From assembly GCA_000004985.1 (NCBI GenBank), contig GG738873.1: DNA of 64,000 bases; one strand, 5' to 3'. This document shows, one piece after another, positions 8,957 through 15,288 of this stretch. The notes below the pieces were generated by a model. That model saw nothing but the letters and a program-made list of their open reading frames with translations. It did no database searches and was not told the origin of the DNA. This DNA is from Naegleria gruberi. Its lineage: Eukaryota. The position numbers and the translations under genes are program-made. The stretch's first letter is position 1; every line of letters begins with the position of its first letter.

Positions 8957-9560
8957 AAATATTTCAACATCTAGTACGTGATGTACTTTGATGATTTACG
9001 GAGTGGTTTCACATCTTTATACCACAATAATTTCAGCTCGTCATCTCTACATCATCTATATAATAGTAGTAATAGTGATTTTTTATTGGAAAATTATCAT
9101 CATGAAATTAGAAATTATTTTTCATCATGGAAAAATTCATGTTGGTGATACCATCATCTGATCATTTACCAACCATCATCAATGATATTTTCCATCGATA
9201 TAATAATAGTATTTGTGGAAATTAATTTTCAGTAATTTAATTTTAGTTGAAAATCACCATTTTCACTAAATTCATCATCAGTGTGGAATCTACTGTACAA
9301 ATTGGAAATCTGTCAACATAGTATTGTTCGGAATGGTCAATAGTATCAGAAAAGATTTTGTCCGATGACTTTTGGTCAAGTTATGATAGGGAAAGGTATG
9401 TGTGAAATTTGAAAATACACATTATACTACCCATCATGTACTTCACCAAATCAAAAAGTTTCTTCTAGTAGTACTATTTAAATTGATAATAAACATCATA
9501 TTTATTATAATTTATTCCTTTTCTTTTGTGTTGGTCAAGTTCCGGTTGGGTTGACTAAGA
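8957..9560 (+). repeat. Direct-repeat copy B, homologous to 3325-3925
   Basis: Same collinear anchor blocks as copy A, offset by about 5.62-5.63 kb. Copy B lacks the long His-rich ORFs seen in copy A, so those ORFs are not conserved coding sequence. Confidence 0.7.
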
Positions 9561-10071
9561 ATTGGTTATTTACTCGCCCAAATTAAATTTCCAAATCATG
9601 TAACTTTCCCATGTATTAGTAAATATCAAATTAATAATAAATTTCACTTTTTTTTTAATTTTTTATATAAGGCAGTCCTTAACACTCTTTTTTTCCCTTA
9701 ATTCTAAATAACTCTTGGATCAGATGACGAAACCTGAATTTTTTGAATAATTATGGATATATATAAATAATGACAATGCTACTAACTGTAATTGACATGT
9801 TTTATTATTTGCGAATAAACTTGAAACAAATCTATTCAAAGATTTGCTAATTTGTTAGTTGAAATTACAAAATCAAACAATGAAACTTGATCTGGTAACA
9901 TATATAAATGCACACATCGAGTGGGGAAAGTTTCATGAAATAATAATGTGAAATTTGATCTTGGGAATGAAATCGTTAAGAACAAGTAGATTAAAGCCAA
10001 CAACAAATGGAATAGCCTATTTTATTCAATTCATATTAGAACAATTTTAGAATGTTACTGTGTTATTGAGC

Positions 10072-10716
10072 TTAATATAATTTAGACTTCAAATGTAACA
10101 TTTCCATCATCTTTTGCAAGCCTTTGGATTGAATTTCTTGTAGACGAGGATAGTTACGAGAGTTGTGAATGACAGATTCAAATCGAGCCATCAAAACTTG
10201 AACTCTATTCAACAACGCCTCATTGGAAGAGTAATGACGAAGTGTTTTGGTTGAGACAAAACTTATGACATCTCCATCGGATAGTCTATCACCAACTTCG
10301 TAGTTACGTCTAATCTCCTTGATAGTAGTTAGACCCCAATGTTTACCAGTGAAATCCTCATCAGCGGATTCCTCATCAAGGTCTTCATCAAGTTGATTAG
10401 CTTGTTGCAGAATAGGAGGAACAGCTTCAAGATGCTTTATTCTCTCACCCAAAGAAGTGATGGCGTTGAAAATAGCATCAAGGTTCTTTTCAGAACCAGC
10501 TTGGTTGTTATCCAAGGTTTTGCTTGTTGGGTCAACCACAGAGGGGAGTGAAGCTGAGCTACCATTGTCAGTTACTAGGATGTAACCTGACTTGTAGGTA
10601 GAAGTTGAAGATTTGCTTACTGAAACTCTTTGACGAATGTTGGAGATATTCGCTTTGCTTGGTGTTTGAACCATTTCAATATACTTAATTTTTTTGAGCA
10701 TAAAATTATTTATCAA
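10072..10716 (-). CDS. Hypothetical protein (about 214 aa, Ser/Thr-rich N-terminal part, acidic middle); probably the terminal exon of a minus-strand gene
   Basis: Long ORF of non-repetitive composition ending at a TAA. The track start is a TTG; the first ATG gives MLKKIKYIEM. Upstream on the minus strand a GAC-AAG|GTAATA donor-like site (about 10823) and ..ATTGAG|TTG acceptor-like site (about 10717) could join the 10775-10963 ORF. No family recognised. Confidence 0.45.
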   Translation of the reverse strand: MINNFMLKKIKYIEMVQTPSKANISNIRQRVSVSKSSTSTYKSGYILVTDNGSSASLPSVVDPTSKTLDNNQAGSEKNLDAIFNAITSLGERIKHLEAVPPILQQANQLDEDLDEESADEDFTGKHWGLTTIKEIRRNYEVGDRLSDGDVISFVSTKTLRHYSSNEALLNRVQVLMARFESVIHNSRNYPRLQEIQSKGLQKMMEMLHLKSKLY

Positions 10717-10778
10717 CTCAATTTTATTGTTTACAATTTGTCGAAATGCTAACGTTGCATCGTTCCTCGCAACTCTAC
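10628..10778. repeat. About 150-bp segment (5' end and first codons of the 10072-10716 gene) duplicated at 13243-13390
   Basis: ..ctttgcttggtgtttgaaccatttcaatatacttaatttttttgagcataaaattatttatcaactcaattttattgtttacaatttgtcgaaatgctaacgttgcatcgttcctcgcaact.. is near-identical to the 13243-13390 copy. Confidence 0.7.
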
Positions 10779-10963
10779 ATTATTGAATCTTCTGTAGCCT
10801 TGTTGATTGTTGGATTGATAAGTATTACCTTGTCCTTGGTTGAAGTTGTTGTAGTTGTAGCCAGCTTGTCTAGTATTGTATCTAGTGAGGAACTTACGAA
10901 AATTAAGGGTTCTGCTAGCCCATTTGCTGACTTTTTCAATAGTTTCTGTGTTTGAATGGGCAT
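10775..10963 (-). CDS. Possible upstream exon of the 10072-10716 gene (MPIQTQKLLKKSANGLAEPLIFVSSSLDTILDKLATTTTTSTKDK...)
   Basis: Short ORF whose 3' part contains AAG|GTAATA, a consensus-like donor, in frame. Otherwise unsupported. Confidence 0.2.
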   Translation of the reverse strand: MPIQTQKLLKKSANGLAEPLIFVSSSLDTILDKLATTTTTSTKDKVILINPTINKATEDSIM

Positions 10964-11826
10964 TAAAAATGACTTTGAAGCAGCTGAAAACTTCTCTAAC
11001 AGCTACAAATCAGGAGGTTCACTTAACCAAATCACCTCCAAACAACAAGAGAAGACGATTAAATCTGCTGAAAAAGTAAAAACAGCAGAAGATTAGATTT
11101 AACTCAGAAATATTCTAAATAAATTCAAATCCTTGAAGAATAAGTGGTAAATCAAGAATATCACTCTCTCAAACGCTTGCAGATTTCAATGACTCACCAA
11201 ACATTCTTTGGTAAGAGTCGATGATGTGGTTTTTAAACCAATCATCTAGTTCATCAGCAACTCTTGCACTTTTACCAGAAACCTCTTCAGATGGGTTGGA
11301 CTCAAACAATTCCATCGAAGAAGCGAGAGTAGAAGTACTTTGTGAACCAACCTTGGCGTTGTTTGAGTCTTTGTCAGGTGATATCTTTTGCTGATTGTTC
11401 TTTTTCGTGTCTTGAAGGCATAGCAGAACTATTAGATGAATTTGAGGTGGAAGGAGTTAGAATAATAACTCGTTTCTCGCTACCTGCAGAAGGTGAGCTA
11501 AGGTCTTTCGTTTTCTTGTTGTTCTTTGGTGTAGTTGGTGTTTTGTAATTCTAGAGTGAAACAATTTGTTGAACGTGTAGAATGTATGTGTTCTGAATGA
11601 TTATAATAAATTGAATGTTATTTGCTTAAATTTATTGAGTTTCATGTTCAAAAAATTTATCTAAACTAAATGTCTTCAAGAAACATTTTAACTTCTGCTT
11701 CTAAAGCAAGAAATGATAGGTCCCACCCTGTTCTTATCGAAGTTTACTGAGATAAAGTAGTGTTTCTTGAAAACAACAATTGAATAAACTAATAATAGAA
11801 AGTATGCTCAAAAAAATTGTCATACT

Positions 11827-12954
11827 ATGGTCGCTAAGAAGCCTCAAGATATTGACTCCTCTTTATCTGATGAAGATCTCCCAGCAGTTGAAGTAGAATA
11901 CCTCATAACACTAGTGAAAGCAAGAAAACAACAAGCTGCTAAGAAGCTTAGAAAGTTAAAGGCCATGTCACCTGTAGCTAATAGAAATAAGCGCAAACAA
12001 TTTACTTCAGTTTCATCATCTAACAGTGCCTTAGATGATGGTATTTCAACTGTTGTTTCCAGTTCGTTGTTAAACAATTCAACATTGTTGGATAGTTCTT
12101 CAACTGCACCCTCTTCGTCAAACAATTCGTCTTCTTCCAATTCAGGTAGAGATAGTTTTACCAGTAGTTCATCTGAACATGATATCATGGTGATCAAAGC
12201 CCAAATGCAAGAAATGATTGGAGTTTTGAGAACCGTAACAGGAAATATCTCTGAACTTACTAAGAAAGTTCAGGAGAGAGAAGAAGAATCAGATGATGAT
12301 TTTGTTAATCCAGAAGCTATATCTTTAGAAGTTTGGTTACGTCAAACTTATAGAGACCTTAGAAGTTCTTACAATGTTCCTTCATCTATTGGAGATGATT
12401 TATTACTTTCTGCAGTATCCTCCGAGATACTTAAAGACCGTAAACAAGAGGAGACCAAGAGAAGAATTCAATATTTGCTCCTTAAATACAAGGATGTGAT
12501 TTCCAAGTTTGCCCCAGACATTAGATTGGATGAGATTAACAGTATTGGTTATTCTAAACTAGTAGAGTTAACTCAAATCAAAATTGAATTGTTGGAATAT
12601 GCATTGAATTCTCCACTTGATTTTACAGTCATGACAGAGATTACAGAACTTTGTAGAATGATTTGCAAAGTTGAAGCCCTCTTCCTTAAAGAAGGTTTAC
12701 AAGTTTCCACTTTCGATGTTGGTAGAGAATTCCTTAACAGATACATTTCTACTAATAGTTTCGAAACTGCTGCCGAAAGTGAACTTCATAATATTAGAAC
12801 AACATATCATTACTACAAAGCAACCAAGCAGCAACAAGGTCCAAAGGGAATTACCAAGAAGTATTCTAAGAAGAAACCGTTTCAAAAGAAAAACAATAAG
12901 GGTCAAGGAAACGATGGTAAATTCCAAGGAAAAGATAAGGATAAGTCAGAATGA
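11827..12954 (+). CDS. Hypothetical Ser-rich / Lys-rich protein (375 aa), intronless
   Basis: True ATG start (ctATGgtcgct) and TGA stop. The N-terminus is acidic with a basic stretch (KARKQQAAKKLRKLK). A long Ser/Asn low-complexity region is followed by a predicted helical C-terminal half and a polybasic tail (KKYSKKKPFQKKNNKGQG). No family recognised. Overlapping ORFs on the opposite strand are treated as shadows. Confidence 0.5.
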   Translation: MVAKKPQDIDSSLSDEDLPAVEVEYLITLVKARKQQAAKKLRKLKAMSPVANRNKRKQFTSVSSSNSALDDGISTVVSSSLLNNSTLLDSSSTAPSSSNNSSSSNSGRDSFTSSSSEHDIMVIKAQMQEMIGVLRTVTGNISELTKKVQEREEESDDDFVNPEAISLEVWLRQTYRDLRSSYNVPSSIGDDLLLSAVSSEILKDRKQEETKRRIQYLLLKYKDVISKFAPDIRLDEINSIGYSKLVELTQIKIELLEYALNSPLDFTVMTEITELCRMICKVEALFLKEGLQVSTFDVGREFLNRYISTNSFETAAESELHNIRTTYHYYKATKQQQGPKGITKKYSKKKPFQKKNNKGQGNDGKFQGKDKDKSE

Positions 12955-13130
12955 CTCTTCCACTAATAAAGATTTTTATCCAATCAAAGCAGGTTCTATA
13001 ACTGAATCACCAATTTGGTGAAACAGTTACCTGACTCTAAAACCCATTTGTCTCTAATCAATTTGTTACTCTTTTTATTATAATCTATGAAGAACATTTA
13101 ACTTGATAAATTTTTCAAATTATAAATATT

Positions 13131-13180
13131 ATTTCTCCAAATAAAACAATAAAGAATTTCGTTGATAAACCAATGGGTAG
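13131..13180 (+). repeat. 48-bp perfect direct repeat, copy 1 (atttctccaaataaaacaataaagaatttcgttgataaaccaatgggt)
   Basis: 47-48 nt identical to 13394-13443, separated by about 263 bp. Confidence 0.8.
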
Positions 13181-13242
13181 AAGCTCACTCAACATATTCT
13201 TCATCCAAAGGATGAGGTATGTTGCTCGGAAATGCTGCCTTT

Positions 13243-13390
13243 TAGGTCATTGACTTTATTCAGCAATGATTTTGCTTGGTGTGTTTACCATGTTTCTTAA
13301 TTTTTTTGAGCATAAAAATTATTTATCAACTCAATTTTATTGTTTACAATTTGTCGAAATACTAACGTTGCATCGTTCCTCGCAACTAGC
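13243..13390. pseudogene. Degenerate pseudo-copy of the 5' end of the 10072-10716 gene
   Basis: About 80% identity to 10628-10778. The reverse-complement reading has a 1-nt insertion (aatttttatgctc versus aattttatgctc) that destroys the ORF. It carries a consensus TACTAAC (13360-13366) followed by ..cgcaaCTAG on the plus strand. Confidence 0.55.
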
Positions 13391-13393
13391 CAT

Positions 13394-13443
13394 ATTTCTC
13401 CAAATAAAACAATAAAGAATTTCGTTGATAAACCAATGGGTTA
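13394..13443 (+). repeat. 48-bp perfect direct repeat, copy 2, abutting the stop codon of the YR relic
   Basis: Identical to 13131-13178. The last 3 nt (tta, 13441-13443) are the reverse-complement TAA stop of the minus-strand YR fragment. Confidence 0.8.
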
Positions 13444-13680
13444 GTCCAGAGAAAATAGAGTGTTAGTGAAATTCTTGCCAGCTAGGCCTTCAGATCTAAG
13501 GTAAGGAAATAAACTTTTTTCCTTTTTATGTCTTGCACCGACCATTAGATCAGTTGTAGACATACCCTTTCTGAGTCCTTCTGTGATAGCACCTATTCTA
13601 AGGCTGTGACCTGAGACTGTTACGCCTTGATCTACTATACCCACTGCATTCTTTAGTATTTTTGAAATACCATCTGAATC
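13441..13680 (-). pseudogene. Tyrosine-recombinase C-terminal catalytic fragment (integrase/DIRS-like H-x-x-R...H...Y variant); 5'-truncated relic or terminal exon
   Basis: The open frame is only about 80 codons (..DSDGISKILKNAVGIVDQGVTVSGHSLRIGAITEGLRKGMSTTDLMVGARHKKEKSLFPYLRSEGLAGKNFTNTLFSLD*). GHSLR is the box II H-x-x-R. The second His is 26 residues after the first, and the Tyr (FPYLR) is 9 after that, which is exact integrase/Cre spacing. The track start is a GTG and a stop lies immediately upstream. AT-rich non-coding DNA and microsatellites follow on the 5' side. Confidence 0.6.
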
Positions 13681-13780
13681 TTAGTAGTACCGTTTCAGTT
13701 TTACCTAGTTGTAATAAACACCGGAAATTTATTTATGTTTTTAACTATAAAAGCTGAAAGTAGTCAAATGTTGATATTTG

Positions 13781-13782
<2 letters not shown>

Positions 13783-13812
<30 letters not shown>
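13783..13812. repeat. (AT)n microsatellite, about 15 units
   Basis: Seen directly in the sequence. Confidence 0.9.
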
Positions 13813-13815
<3 letters not shown>

Positions 13816-14301
13816 AATAGATGTTAGATATTAGTTGTTCCATTTATTTTTAAACCTATCACTCCATCAACCTCCATGAATCTAGTTGTCTATTTCTTGT
13901 TGTAAGAGTTTTTCTTTGTTTTAATAAACAACTATCACAACTCTAATTTTACTACTTCTAATAGCAGTGTTTTTGTAATATTTTTACAAAGTTTGTTCTT
14001 TCTTTGAATTCATTTTCTTTGGATTTACCATAAAGATTATTACTTCCAATCAATAATCTTCATAATGATAATACCAACTTTAGAAGATTTTTAAAAATTA
14101 ATGGTTTTTTATATTTTATATATTACTTTGTTAAGCTTTTCTAAATTTCAAATCGATAAATTTTTGAAAATTTATTTTAGCTTCTTAATTTTCAATTAAT
14201 TTCATTATCTTTATATCTAAATCACTTTTAAATGCTTTTTCAGATAAACCAATTAAACCACCATCTTATAAACCAACTTGCAACAAAAATTTTTTCGGAT
14301 G

Positions 14302-14327
14302 TATATATATATATATATATATATATA
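14302..14327. repeat. (TA)n microsatellite, about 13 units
   Basis: Seen directly in the sequence. Confidence 0.9.
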
Positions 14328-14366
14328 AATGCATGCGAAAATTTTTATTTTATTTATATTAAATAT

Positions 14367-15288
14367 CTAATATGACAAACATATCCCACCAACGCATGTA
14401 TGAAAATTCGTATTTTTNNNNNNNNNNNNNNNNNNNNNNNNNNNNNNNNNNNNNNNNNNNNNNNNNNTATTATATGTGAAATTACCAATTGTAATATTAT
14501 TGCTTGTAAAGTTACTAATTGTAAAGTTACTAATTGTAATGTTATCACTCGTAAGGTTACGGATTGTTAAATTAGTATATGTGAAATTACCAATTGTAAT
14601 GTTATCACTTGTAAAGTTACTATTTGTAAAGTTACCAATTGTAATATTATCACTCGTAAGGTTAGTGTTTGTAAAGTTACTGCTTGTTGAATTAGTATAT
14701 GTGTAATTACCAATTGTAATATTATCACTTGTAAAGTTACTATTTGTAAAGTTACTGATCGTTAAATTAGTATATGTGTAATTACCACTTGTGGTATTCT
14801 CATATGTAAAATTATAATAGGTAAAATTGTTGAGTGTCAAATTCGGTATTTCCGTAATTCTCATCACCTCGTTTTCTGGATAATTTGCATCATTTTGGCA
14901 ATTTTGTCCCGTAATAGAATTTCTAAAACATTTACAAAAATCAGGCTTGGTACAATTACCATTTCCACTGCAAACAAGTGGATCTTCTGATTTAACACCA
15001 AAACAAATTGGTAAAGAACAATTTGATCCATAATATCCTTCTCTGCAAGTGGTTACATTTAAGAGACCTGTTGCATTCTTCTTGGAGCAAAGATACAAAT
15101 TATCACCTGTTGGGTTTGTACAATCAATTTCAAGATCAAGAGTTCCATTAATCTTTGTATTATTACATTTACCTTCAGGATTGGTACATGTCGCCATACT
15201 AACATTTGTTTGACACTGTGTGCCAATAAAACCAACTTTGCAAGAACATTGATTTGGTTTCTCACAATAACCATTTCCTGAACAAACC
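14367..15288 (-). CDS. Secreted or surface glycoprotein: EGF-like Cys-rich domains followed by a tandem N-x-T sequon repeat stalk; partial (runs into gaps)
   Basis: The frame is open from the 15289 gap, which lies upstream of the track 'M' at 15197. At least 3 EGF-like modules: VCSGNGYCEKPNQCSCKVGFIGTQCQ; CTNPTGDNLYLC..TCREGYYGSNCSLPIC; CSGNGNCTKPDFCKCFRNSITGQNCQ. About 40 N-x-T/S sequons follow in about 7-aa-period repeats (NFTNSNFTSDNITIGNFTYTN...). The gene is interrupted by the 50-N gap and ends ..HTCVGGICLSY* at 14367. Confidence 0.6.
14418..14467. other. Assembly gap (50 N) inside the glycoprotein gene
   Basis: Run of n. Confidence 0.95.
14468..14830 (-). repeat. Coding tandem repeat (about 21-nt / 7-aa period nested in about 75-120-nt higher-order units) encoding the N-x-T sequon array
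   Basis: Repeated blocks: ttgtaaagttact(a/g)(a/t)ttgtaa(a/t)gttatcact(c/t)gtaa(a/g)gttac.. and tatgtg(a/t)aattaccaattgtaat(a/g)ttatcac. The assembly gap sits at the repeat edge, consistent with collapse. Confidence 0.75.

Larger units (their letters stand above)
3325..9560 (+). mobile_element. Candidate tyrosine-recombinase mobile element (about 6.2 kb) bounded by LTR-like direct repeats and lacking RT/RNase H
   Basis: Two about 600-bp direct repeats flank a single intact YR ORF (6671-7942). The interior also holds a foldback repeat and a compound palindrome. No reverse transcriptase, RNase H or methyltransferase ORF lies between the repeats. The boundaries are approximate and no target-site duplication was recognised. 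Confidence 0.3.

Noticed and set aside
10339-10551. 70-aa plus-strand ORF
   Set aside because: Antisense to the longer 10072-10716 ORF.
10746-11079. Small plus-strand ORFs (69 and 67 aa) in the 10740-11100 intergenic or intronic region
   Set aside because: Short and hydrophobic, with no start-context or homology support. They overlap the candidate minus-strand exon. Reported only as uncertain.
11844-13021. ORFs 11844-12197(-), 12697-12927(-) and 12671-13021(+) overlapping the 11827-12954 gene
   Set aside because: Shadow or out-of-frame ORFs within or at the end of a longer ORF that is better supported (real ATG, coherent composition).
14354-14706. Plus-strand 76-aa ORF (KLLIVKLLIV...) and a 64-aa minus-strand ORF in the repeat region
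   Set aside because: Alternative-frame or antisense artefacts of the tandem repeat. Their hydrophobic periodicity simply mirrors the N-x-T repeat on the real frame.
1-15288. tRNA, rRNA and CRISPR arrays
   Set aside because: Not detected by eye: no cloverleaf-compatible GTTCGAAT-type T-arm motifs, no rRNA-like conserved blocks, no regular repeat-spacer array. The context is eukaryotic.
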